A stretch of 64,000 bases of DNA from positions 67,332,001 through 67,396,000 of the forward strand of contig JBITNC010000001.1 of assembly GCA_050084985.1 (NCBI GenBank), given 5' to 3'. Made by a program: the position numbers and the translations under genes. Source of the stretch: Nageia nagi. Taxonomy: Eukaryota; Plantae; Pinophyta. This document shows, in pieces, positions 38,520-50,805 of the stretch; the first letter of the stretch is position 1, and each line of letters starts with the position of its first letter. The notes beneath the pieces are model-generated. The model was not told the DNA's origin. It made no database searches and saw nothing but the letters and a program-made list of their open reading frames with translations.

Positions 38520-41500
38520 CTAGTTCCATTATATGGCATAGAAGCCATTTCTATTATACTAATTATCTTCAAGGTAGAGGTGATGTAATCACCTTTATGC
38601 CACCTAAGTGGCATTCATTTTTTGTATCATAGGATGTGGATCCTTCCAATCAAGCAATTTGGACCATTTTATTTTTATTTTTATGGATAACCATTTGGTA
38701 TTATCAACATCTATACCTCCAATCATGGCCCTGATATATGTGTGATATGGCATTGGATAGCTTTATCTTTACACTAATATATTTAGATTTTTTATGGTGG
38801 ATTCAATATGATTGAAAATATGGAAGATAAGATGGGCCACCTTCCTATGCATTGGTGCATCAATGAGTGGGATGCATGGTTTTTTGTAAAAATAAGCTTG
38901 TGTTGCTTATTCCTCCACTAAGGAATTTCTTGAGTTTCTTTGGTTTACTTGGTCTAGTATTCAACTTGGAGGTGAATATTTTTTAAAAAGATTAGACCAT
39001 GCAATGCTCATCGTTTATTTTTCATAATGTTTCTTGCTTAACACCTTCTATTATGGAGAATCTAGGTAATACAATATCATATCACACATCCATTATTTTT
39101 AATGTTGCATCATCACTTCAACTTATCAAGATTTTTTTCTCCTAGTTTTATTTCAACATTTGCTTTCAACATCTAGCCATTGTAGTTCATATCTATAGAG
39201 TTTGGAACATTGTTCCAAGATCCTTAGGAGAAACCAGTTGGAAAGAGTAGTGGGATGATGTAATTTTATAAACCACTTTTATTTTAAGGGTCCTTGGGGT
39301 TAAGTTATCCAATATTTGTAATAATTTTATTAGACAATAGCTTATTAGGGCATCAATTCAAATCTAATGAGCATTCCTCTACAATAGCACATTGCAGTTG
39401 TAAGGCATGAGCTTAGGAAGATTGAGATATATGAAGCCAAAGACACCAAAATTTGTGCCCACATGCATTGGCTAAAAATTGGAGATAGGGTATTGCAATT
39501 AAGACCCCTAAATCAAATTTGCAATTGAGAGCAATTTTTGACTTGGTGTAAATGTCATAGGGCCACCTTATATCTCCAAAGATTTTATTAAATATTATCA
39601 GTAACTGTTTGCCTCTAGAGAATTAAGTCTTGATAGATAAGCTTCCATTTTTAAGTATTACGTTAAATTCCTTGAGAATATATCTCCATGTTTAAAAGAA
39701 GCATGTCATTGCCACTCTTTTTTGAGGATACATAATAGGATCTTTGCTATGTGACAAATGAAAATTATTCTAGGTTGGATGGTTTTTCTCATGTGTTCTA
39801 TAAAGGGCTCTAGGATGTGGTTTGCCCATAACTCCTTTATGTATATCAAGAGGGTATGGAAAAGGGCATTTTGGGTTAGGTAATCAATAACAGTAACATT
39901 AAGTTTATTCCAAAATCTAGATACCTCAAGATCATCACAAACTAGAGGCATATTACTTTGTTCAATGTGAGCTATAAGATTATAACAAAAGCTTTAGCTT
40001 TGAGACTCAAAAATTTGCTCCCCTTGATTATCTGACTTGAAAAATAAGCTTTATTAATAATAGAGACATTCTTGATCATGTAATTATTATTTGATAATGC
40101 ATGGAATGGAATTGAGCTTTCCAATAAGAAGAACTATGATAAAATTGTATGGAATTTCATACTTATCATGCTCAAAGAACTTGAGTTTGGCCTTTGTTTT
40201 CTTAATTCTATTCAAATGCTTTTAAACATACCTTAGTGGTGATTACAATTGATGGCATTTAAATAAATACTATTATACCTTTTAGATCAATTTAAGGTAG
40301 GGCTATCCTCTTGTTCCCTCTTTATATGTGCTTGATGTAGAAGCCTTTGACTATTTATTAGCCAATAAATCCTCTTAGACCATGATCTATGGAATTTATC
40401 TTAAAGGTAATCATGGGTAGCTAATTAATGGTTATTTTGAATATGAATCCATCTTTTCCATAAATGAATATAATAAGATGGTATCTCAATCCCCATCCTA
40501 CCTCAACACCTTATGTAAAGCTTCAAGTTTGAGTATTCAATGGAAGAAGAATTCATGTTATAGATAATCCTTTAAGGATATGTTACTGTGACTCACTTAT
40601 TTTCAATGATAGTGAATTCAACCAATGGATATGTTTAAATTCTTAGGAATTCCTTTTTTTTTCAAAGCACCCTGACATGATTATAGGACTACATTATTCA
40701 TAGGGTTAAGAAAAAATATCTTATTAGGTATCTAAAAAGTTTCCCCTAGTTAGTAAATTTTAAATTTGCTCAGAAATTCTTGCTTCTATGCATGTTTATC
40801 ATTATTCTTAGTCATTGTTATCATAATCTTATTATAATAAGATCAAAAATATTCTCAGGTATTTCTTATAGGCCAACACTAAGAAAAAAATACTTCCATA
40901 GAGTACCTTAAGAATTTTGTTACCTTTCCAAAAGCACAAGGGGCATACGAATTTTTAACTATCAACAATAAGGTATCACCTTGGGTACTAAATGGGTCAT
41001 TATATATTTGAAGGGCTCAGGGTCATGGAAGGTCTTAATCCATCACTATATATCTTAAGGATCACCTTTTGGTAAAAAATTTAGAAATATCTTAACTTAT
41101 CTTCCATTGTTGTAACCTTAGTCCTTGTTAAAATTCTAGGCTCTTTTGTAATCAAAAGTATCCAAAAGGGTTGGTAGGTTGTCAAACCATGGTTCTAATG
41201 GAAAGGAGTAAGTCATTTCATAGAATCCTTCTTACCTTCTCTTTATATGTGATTATCTGAACTAGTTGTTAAATTGTAAGGCTTGCCCTTGGCTAGCATC
41301 CAATGGATTCACACTTAAAGGTTTTTCAAGAAAGGAATCCCATTCATTTATAATTTCTTCAATTAATCTTCTAAAGATTGCATATCCTATGAATATTTTA
41401 GATAAGTTCATTTTTTGAATAAGGAAGATAAAGCTACTTATTAAGTGATGACTAATTGTACTCCTTCTCTCTTTGGTCCAAGCACATACATCAAGCTCAA

Positions 41501-41830
41501 CATCCATGATGGATAGAGTGGAAATGATTTAAATGTATTCCTTTCTTTAATTACAAAGTGAAGAACAATTATTGTTGTCTCTCACCTCACTTAATCATGG
41601 TTCCCAAGCTTAATGTAGGATGGGATTTATTTTTTACTAAAATAAGATTGTGAACTAGATTTAAAACGATATGGTACAAATATATAGAACCCAAGAAATC
41701 TTTATTTATTTTAAGCCTAATTTTTCAAAGCCTTTTATTTTTCATATACTCATGCGTTTGTGCATTGATATATTATATAAATAGTGGGCTTCAAAGATGG
41801 ATGATTTGAAGTATTATTAGTGCAATAGTT
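38520..41830 (+). mobile_element. Heavily decayed L1/Tx1-type LINE ORF2, copy 1
   Basis: RHITLFNVSYKIITKALALRLK (~39945), YDKIVWNFILIMLKELEF, GYPLVPSLYV (~40300), MFKFLGIPF (~40630). Boundaries approximate. Confidence 0.8.
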
Positions 41831-42237
41831 TTTAACTATCTCATATTTGTTTTTAGTGGTAGTTACTAAAGGGTGGTTTTTAAATGCCCACTAAATCATA
41901 AGGAGGAAGGTAAAAAATGCCCCGCAATATCAATCACAAAAAATAATAAAATCCCATGCAACAAACTTAATCAAGCACTTATAACATTTTAAGTTTTTAG
42001 AGAAGATAAATCGAGTGGTTAGAGAACTTAACTTGTGTCGTTTTGATCTAAGATGGTTAGAGTAGTTGGAGCATTTTCAATTTTCCACATAGAGAAAAAC
42101 TTATATAAGGGGTTGAGAAAAGAAAATTCCATTATTGAGAGCACCCAACAAATATTATTCTATGTAGCTTGTTAAGAAATTACCATGCTTCTAAAATAAA
42201 ATTCTCTAGGGAATTTTTTATAAAATCTATTTTATAT

Positions 42238-43840
42238 CTATCCTAAAATTATTGAATACCATAAAATTATTTTTGCATCATGTATCATGTCAAATAATTT
42301 TTGGGCCTTATCTATTCTTTCACATTTTGCATACTTGTCTATTAGGGTATTCAAATCCATAACATTCAATTCACAAGCAACAAGTAGACGCATCCACACA
42401 CCCAATTCAAATTTTATGGGTTTTTTGGTAATGAAGTTCAAATAAACCTTTGTATATCCTACATGACCAAGAAGGTCAATAATGCATGTATAATTATTCA
42501 TCCCAAGTATAATACAATAAGAGTCCCTCATGTTTTAAGGGTTTGTTCCACATTTTGTAGTCATATCTATTAGAGCATTCAAAACCACAACATTTGATTT
42601 ACAAGAACCAAGTAAACTAATCCAAAGACTCAATTCATGTTTTATGGGTATTTTAGTAATGAAGTTAAAATCAACCTCATGATAGCCTATATGACCAAGA
42701 AGATCAACATTCATCCCAAGAATAATGCAATAAGAGTCACTCATCTTGTAAGGATTTGTTATGCATTTTATATACATGCCTATTAGTGCATTAGAAACCA
42801 TATCATTCAATTTATAAGTACCAAGCAAACACATCCACACACCCAATTTAGATTTTACAGTTATTTTGGCAATGAATTTTTGATCTCCCTCATGATAGCC
42901 TACACAACCAAGAAGGTAAACAATGCATATATAATGATTCATCATAGGAATAATGCAATAAGATTCCCTCGTATTGTTTTAAGGGTTTATTCCATATTTT
43001 GAATACATATCTATCATGGTATTCAAAACCACAACATTCAATTTACAAGAACCAAGTAGACACATTCACATACCTAATTCAGGTTTTATGGGTATTTGGA
43101 AATGAAGTTGAAAGCTCTCTCAAGATAGCTTGCATGACCAAGAAGGTCAACAACGTATTTATAATGTTTCATCCTTGGAATAATGCAATAGTAATTCCTC
43201 ATGTTTTAAGGTTTTATTTTAAATTTTGTATACATATCTTTTAGGGCATTCAAAACCATAACATTCGATTTATAGGCACCAAGTAGACACATCCATACAC
43301 CCAATTTAGGTTTTATGGCTATTTTGATATTAAGGTGAGCAATGCATGCATAATATTTCATCTTAAGAATAATGTAATAAGAGTCACTCATGCTATTTAA
43401 GTATTTATAACCATCATCCATTGAACTTGCATGGTTGGATGCAAGTAGAACACATACAAATGTTATGTTGTTAGGATTAGTTCCCAAGTACTTCATCAGA
43501 TCAAGGAATTTGAAAGTACAATATAATATGCACCATATTTAGTACATATCCTACAATCATTGCAATCCATAAAACTATTTTTGCATCATGCATCTTGTCA
43601 TACAATTCTCAGGCCTTACGTATTGTTCCACATATTGCATACATGTCTATTAAGGTATTCATAATGATAATATTTGATGAAAAAATTCTCAATTACTATT
43701 TGATGTATATCTATACCTTATTTTAGAACACTCTAGCTAGTACATGCTAGAAGAGTATTGGAAAAGGTTGCAAAGATTGGATTTACATATTACAATTGCA
43801 TCTACTTAAAAGTCTCTTGAGTCTTTTTAGAAAATAAGTG
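42238..43840 (-). pseudogene. PLS-class PPR pseudogene with five tandem chimeric S2/E1-S units
   Basis: ORFs 43206-43496, 42535-42945 and 42238-42531 show ITFVCVLLASNHAS and repeated YCIIxxMNHYxCIVDLLG...IKPELGVWMCLLGACK.NVVVLNALIDMYxKCG. Confidence 0.9.
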
Positions 43841-44149
43841 ACATCAACAGTTTTCTACAAAATAGTACCATATATTATTTTTTTATATTGTAATCACATT
43901 TGGAAGGTCCAAATTGATTCTTTAACCTATCAAATCACTTGATATGTAATTGTATTCTTAGTAAACTTCCTTTGATTCAATGCTCTACAATGTCATGAAG
44001 ATGAAAATGATTTTTGGTGTCCACATTCATTTCCTTCTATGTGATTACAAAGCATCAAATGTTTTAAAGGAATATTGGTAAGAATATGATTGTGGATCAA
44101 GCGAGTGATCTAATAGATAAAGAAATCAATCTTTAACAACTAGGATGTG

Positions 44150-44465
44150 CCTACAATATAAAAAATCAACCACATGTCTACCATAGTATTCACAACTACA
44201 ACATCTTATTTATTTCTCCCATGGTGGTACATGTTGAGAGAATGCTTGCAAAGATTATAGTGTGCTTGACTATTGCATATTCTTAAAATTTTATATGATC
44301 TTTTAAAAAATTCACTTTGTACATATCTTACAGTCATTATTTTCCATGAAACTATATTCAAATTATGTATCTTGTTGAATAATTCCTAGACCTTATGTAT
44401 TATTACATAGCTTGCATACATGTATATCATGGTATTCATAACCATAACATTTGATGAAAATATAT
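44150..44465 (-). pseudogene. PPR fragment (S-P-L motifs)
   Basis: FSSNVMVMNTMIYMYASYVIIHKV*ELFNKIHNLNIVSWKIMTVRYVQSEFF, followed by IIFASILSTC. Confidence 0.75.
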
Positions 44466-44504
44466 AGTTTGCATCCATGTCTATTATAAAGCATAATAGT
44501 CATC

Positions 44505-44762
44505 CTCTTTTGGATTCCTTTTTCTACAAGCATATGATTTTAAGAAAGTTAATATATTAAACTCCAAATTATGATATTAGGCACCTATTTTGGTTCAATG
44601 GTGTCTAATTATATGAAAAAGGTACTTTGTAATTTTTCGATAGTTTTTTTTACAAAAGTCATAAGCTTTTGGGTTTCATTTTATAGAAGCATATGATTTT
44701 TAAAATGTTGGTATATTAAACTCCAAATTATGATATCAAGCACCTCCTTTGCTTCAATGATG
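44505..44762. repeat. ~150-160 bp repeat, ~1.6 units
   Basis: tattaaactccaaattatgat at ~44555 and ~44715. Confidence 0.8.
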
Positions 44763-45165
44763 ATTTGATTGTATTTTGAAAATGAAATTCAAAGCTCCCT
44801 CAAGATAGCCTACATTACCAAGAAGGTCAACAATGCATGTATAATGATTCATCCTAGGGATAATAGAATAGAATTCACTCTTACTATTAAAGTATTTATG
44901 ACCCTCATCCACTAGACTTGGATGGCTACATGTAAGTAGAACACATACAAAGGTTAAATTGTTAGGGTTGGTTCCCAAGTGCTTCATAGGATAAAAGATT
45001 TTTACATACATCCTTGTTGTAGACATGAATTGCATATCCTCCAATTATTGTAGTCCATGAAATTATGTCTACATCATGCATCTTGTCAAAAAATTTATGG
45101 ACCTTGTGTATTCTTCTACATTTTGCATAAATGTCTATAAGGGCATTCAAAATCATAAAATATGG
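44754..45165 (-). pseudogene. PPR fragment (S1-P2-L2-S2-E1 start)
   Basis: NALIDIYAKCRRIHKVHKFFDKMHDVDIISWTTIIGGYAIH and LTFVCVLLTCSHPSLVDEGHKYF...HYTCIVDLLGNVGYLEGA. A further scrap lies at ~45650-45740. Confidence 0.88.
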
Positions 45166-45929
45166 TATTGTGTTCATAACCTAACGTAATCTTTACAAAT
45201 CACTCTAAATTTCCTATACTTTTGGATGTCCGATATCTACCACAAAAAATAGAATCTTTCATCATTTTGTATATGTTCTCAATTTGATTTAACTACAAAT
45301 TCTTCCAACTCTAGGTTATTATGAATTCTATAGGTATCAAGCAAATGAGTCCACAAATACTAGCTACAAAGTTTTATGAATAAAAATGTAAATAATATTG
45401 TCAAATAATAACATAATCAAAAGTATCAACTTGTGAGAGACCACTAAGATCACAATGCTAGCCAATATATATGATCATACTATTGCTTGCCTACCTCCTT
45501 GCACTTTCTTAATCAGTAGTATTCACATGGTTATTTAGATCATTTTAATATATCATATGGTACAATACAGTTGCATAATTTCATATCATATGGTATATTT
45601 TTAGTATTTGATTTGTGTATAATGGTTCATGTATTTGGTTCATTTAGTATCTTCACACAATACATTTATAATTATGATTCATCCTAGTAATATTGCAATA
45701 AGAGTCACTCATGCTATTAAATTATTTGCTTTCCTCCTCAAAACCAACTTTTAGATTATATAGTGTATTTATATTATTTCATATAATATGGCATAGTTGC
45801 ATCATTTTAGAACATATGGTGGATGAGGCCAACTTATCACTTTTGGACTGGTTTTTGATACTTGGAAACTTTTTGGTTGGATAGATGCTTTCCTTCTTCA
45901 AGCTCATTTTTGTGCCCTTTTTTTAGATA

Positions 45930-46260
45930 TTTTTTGGGTTCCTTTTTATATAAGCATAGATTTTAGAAAGTTAATGTATATTAAACTTCAAATTATGATC
46001 TCAAGCACCTCCTTTAGTTCAACAGCGATATGATTGTATGGAAAAGGTAGTTTGTAATATTTTTTACAATAATTATCAACTTTTGGATTCCTTTTCCTAC
46101 AAGCATACGATTTTTGGAAAGTTGGTATATTAAACTCCAAATTGTGATATCATGCACTTCTTTTGGTTCAAAGGTATTTTGATTATATGAAAAAGTAGTT
46201 TATGACTTTTTGATAGGATTGTTAGAACAATCATCAACTTTTGGGTTCCATTTTTAGACA
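45930..46260. repeat. Same ~150-160 bp repeat, ~2.2 units
   Basis: tattaaacttcaaattatgat at ~45979 and tattaaactccaaattgtgat at ~46128. Confidence 0.8.
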
Positions 46261-46429
46261 TGAAGATTATGTAATGTAGATGGAACATGAACATAAAGGT
46301 AAGCATAATAAGATTCAAAACTACTCTAAAATTATGCTCTAATGATCAAGAATACCTATAGGACCAAGAACTATACAATTATGCTCTCATGATTCAAATA
46401 AGCTTTATGATACTAAAAATCTTTGATAG

Positions 46430-47495
46430 AGGCATTGGTTACTTTTTAACAATTTATCACTTTTTGATCAGTATGTTACAAGCATTAAAAAGGTAGTACA
46501 TTGGATATGCATGGATTGGACCACTATAAAGGTGTGGTTAGGCATTCCTTTAGGTGTCATCAATATCGAACAAGGATGGATAAGTTAAGAGACTAAACGA
46601 TGTCTAGTCATTCCCATTGGATCATCCTCCAAGAGCCCATGGCCAACACTATGATTGAGTTGTATAGATAGTGTACCTCAGGTAACTAAGGAAGACGTAG
46701 TTTGGAAGAATTCCTTCATCAAAGTTTTTGATGGAAAATCAATACTTTGAAATTATGCCTATGTTTTAAAAGTAATTATTAGGCAATGGTTTTAATTTCC
46801 ACTTTATAGTTTAAGGGGGCAGTGAATAACCACCTCCTTATGTCCTTTGTTGGTGGTTTATATGATATGTAGGCATTTATTAACTACCATTATAGGGAGT
46901 CAACTCTTAGCAATGGGCTCATAGGTAATAGATCGATAACTACCTATAAAGGGCATTAAGGGAAATTATAAACTACCATCAAAGGCCCTTTTTGGTCTAG
47001 TGATAATCCCACTTTCCCTTTTTGTGGGATAGAAGAAACAACCATACATATCTTCTAGTTTTATTCCAAAGCTTGTAAAGGTTGGAAATGGATAGAGTCT
47101 AATTTTAGTCCATAGTTGAAACAACCTATAAATTGGCTTCACAATCTTTTAGGAGATCCTCCATATTTTTATAAAACTCTTCAAGAATTTTAGAATATGT
47201 TCAAAATTAGAATTTTGTTTCACCTATGCAAAGACATAAATGTTATTTTTCAAAGAAATTGCCCTACATAGATTTCTCTCTGGTTGATAACCTTGTTATT
47301 TCCAATGATGTTTGGTTTCATATTAAAGACCAAGCTGCCAAAGTGGCACTGGAAGTCAACCTCCTACAAGAGCTCATCAACAATTAGGGCAATACTACAT
47401 GCTTATTTAGTCATGTTTCATTGGATCCTAAGCCTAGTGAGAGATCTCATTCTCAAAAATGTTCTCGCCCTTCCCCATAAGGGTGATATTAGATT
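46430..47495 (+). mobile_element. 3' fragment of a LINE ORF2 (zf-RVT region)
   Basis: PTFPFCGIEETTIHIF*FYSKACKGWKW at ~47010-47095 (CxxC-EET-H pattern) and LFHLCKDINVIF (WxxRN-like). Confidence 0.5.
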
Positions 47496-49170
47496 ACTTT
47501 TTAAAAGATCGGTCATTTCAATCTTGTTCTATCATACATGCTCCATGTCTTACCATTGTCGGCAAGAGGGAATGGGGCTTTTCTTATATGCCTTAACTAG
47601 TTCGCTGGCTTGCATTTTTTTGTACGAGGCAATTACTTGCAGTCCTCTCGTTTTCCCAAGAAATCCTTGTGGAGATGCGAGGGCTTCACGTGGAGCCTTT
47701 TAACATCTTTCGATTGGTTACTACAGTGCTATGTGGGTAGAGAAATGTTAACATCTTGTTTCCTCACTTAAGTCTATGTACCCTCACAAGAAGTAATGGT
47801 ATTTTGTCACTATCAATGGGTCGTTAACGCGTTGGAATCTCTATGCATTCATGAGATAGAAGCAGAATTTACATCTATCATTGAAACATCCACTCTTTAA
47901 GAGTCGCTACGCATGCATATGTGATCTGCATAATTAATATAAGATTTTAGTGTATGGTTGTATTTGAATAAGAAATCCTATCTACCACATAACTTGTAAT
48001 AAATGAAAATGAAATATTCCTCAAATTCTACCTCAAGATTACATAATTTGTAAATACATGAGTTTTGATGATATGTAAAAATAAAATATTTTTTATAATT
48101 ATATTAAATATTATTATAATAATCATTGATAAATTTATTATGAAAAAGTTTGCATGATTCACCACTATTAAAACATGAAACATTAATATTATTAATAGAA
48201 TGATCTAAAATATGATAAATGGTTCATATTATTGGGATGATGATTTCTTCACCTATTTATCAAATGATTTTGGATCTTTAATAGTATTATCCCACCTTTG
48301 CCCCACCTTGGAGATAGATTAACTTGCAAATTGGATAACAATAGACCACAACCTTAGGTGAGAGGATGTTACTTGCCTCCTCCTAAAACGATCAACTTCC
48401 CCAAGGTATAATAAGAATGATAAATAATTAAAAAATGAAATGTTGATAATGGTATGTCTATTTTGTTAATTTATGTACCTAAGGTGAAACCAATCAAAAT
48501 AGTTTAAGGGCTCACAGACATTTTATTATGGAACAATGATATGAATTTAACTCTCATTTTTTGAAGACTTTAAAACAAATCAAAAGTAAGAGCAAGATTT
48601 CTAATGAACCAAAGAAAATGAAAATCTAATATAATATATTATTAAAAATGAGAAAATAAAGATAAAGATTTAAGAAAATAAACAAAAATGGTGCAAGGTA
48701 TGCATTGTATAGATTTAACACTTTCAAATTTGATAGAATCATTTTCTTGATCCAAACTTAATTATTTACAAGCACTAGAAAAATTAGAACTATTAATACA
48801 AGGCAAATTTTAAGCACATATTTTTTATTGAATGTCATAGAACTACATGATCTAGAATACATTTTTGGCTTAGCCTTAAGAGAAGTCACCAAAGCTAATT
48901 ATTTCTAAGCTAAAACATATAAAAAACATGATCAACACCATTATAGAGAATGATATTCAAAACATTTCCAATAGAATTAATATGGGGAGGAACTTAGCAA
49001 AGAAGATTTTGGTAATCAACTTTTTTTTATATTGGTAAAAAGTTACAGCAAGGTTTCAAAAAAGATAGGGCCCCAAAATCTGTATGTACAAAAGTTTATA
49101 GATATTCAATAATAGTACATAAGTTCCAAAAACTATCTTCTAAGAGTCACTTTAGTTTCCACTTAACTAA

Positions 49171-50603
49171 CTACAAAAAATGATCCTTGCTTTTCACTTG
49201 TTGCTCACACAATCCTCTCACTGGTTGCACCAGTGAGCTCTAGTCCAACTCAAAATTGGAGTCCTTATTGAAGCACTCCCAAAATGAATCAATTACCATC
49301 TTGATAGGCCTTTTGCATTCTAAATTGATATAGTCATAGGTATCTCCTACTGTGTAGAGGAAAAATTACCATCCCATGCATTCCCCCAAATCTCTACTTA
49401 TTATACCACTGGTATTAGGAGGCCTTCATCCCTCTCTTAACCATTATGACATCCCTCCATTCCTTTCCTCATCTACCAATTCTTCCCCATTCTAAAAAAT
49501 GCCTTTGCTTACCATACCATTTCTTGAAATTCATCTTTAGAATAAATGTTTTCAACTTGTTGGGTCCTCTGGGGTCCTCGCTGGGTGTGTTCACCTTAAG
49601 ATCTTGATCTTCTTGTGTAGTCTAGGATCCCTCTTTGGATTCTTCATTCTTCTTCCTTTGGTTAATCTTCAAACCCATAGGAGGAATTTCCTTCATGTCC
49701 TTTTCATTCTCCATTGGAGGATTCTATGGTGACTCATTCAAAGGGATTGTTACCTCCACAACCAAATCCTCCTCCTTTTATTATTCAATTCTAAATTTTC
49801 CTCTTTATTTAGATAAAACCTATCCCTCCTTAGAGTTTGATAGGGAGTCCTCCAATTTTGAAGAAATAATCACCACCATAGAAGAAGTTGATGGCCTTTC
49901 AATTGACAAAAGTTGTAGTAGTGACCTACTTGATGACCTTGAATCAACAGAAACTTGGAGATTTACCTGAGGGATTCTTGGCTACTACTAAAGTAGTGGT
50001 ATCACCTTTTTAGCTTTGGTACACTCAAAGTATACCAAAACCTTAATCAAACCCTGATGCATGGGGACCACTCCTCTATTCCTCATAATGTAAATATCCA
50101 AGGAATGAAACAAAAAAAAGGTAGATTCATTTTGTACAAACCTTTGAAGTGGCATAGTAGGATGAAATGATAGTTATAGAGATTCGAGTATCTTCCTTCC
50201 ATTATGAAGAGCTTCATAATTACCTTGAAAATCTCATTCCAAGGGTAAGGAATTGACTTGATTAGGTAATTTCATTTTCTCTCTCCAATAAAGGCACCCC
50301 TTGCCCATAGAAATCATGCACCTCCACTACAAGTGTACACATTTCCCTACAATGCCTCCTTTTTGAATTAGTCATACATGTAGCTACCTCAAATAAATTT
50401 GCAATGATTGAGAATTAGTGTCTGTATACTACCATCTTACCTTCATACCATTTTTTCAAAACTTGATTAGAACAAATCTGATTATGGTCATTCAGGGCAT
50501 CTATGATCCCATCAATACCTACATTATAAAGGATCTACTAGACCACTAGATCTTACCTGAATTCTTCTCCAGAGGTCAGTTCAATATGCTTTTGGCTCAT
50601 CAT
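49171..50603 (-). pseudogene. LINE ORF3, copy 2
   Basis: MMSQKHIELTSGEEFR...VLKKWYEGKMVV...FEVATCM...IPYPWNEIFKVIMKLFIMEGRYSNLYNYHFILLCHFKGLYKMNLPFFLFHSLDIYIMRNRGVVPMHQGLIKVLVYFE...DSFWECFNKDSNF...KDHFL*. Confidence 0.72.
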
Positions 50604-50805
50604 CTTGCTTGCATATAAAAAATATGATGATCATCTATGGGTGCATTTTTCTAAATTGCATTTCTCAACTTGCCATCCTAGCTTCCTAATCTCGAACCTC
50701 CATCTATCCCCATCACCTATGATTGCTAATATCATGATCCATGGCATTGCTATGGAGGCAATACGTGTATTCCTTTCACACATATTCCCCCAAGTACATT
50801 GTCTC

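Noticed and set aside
42238-45740. Functional PPR-E/DYW editing factor
   Set aside because: Multiple stops and frameshifts, no targeting peptide, and no complete E or DYW domain.
49635-49970. Ser/Phe-rich plus-strand ORFs (also 29651, 32410, 33449, 52577, 53616) as membrane proteins
   Set aside because: They are antisense shadows of purine-rich LINE coding sequence.
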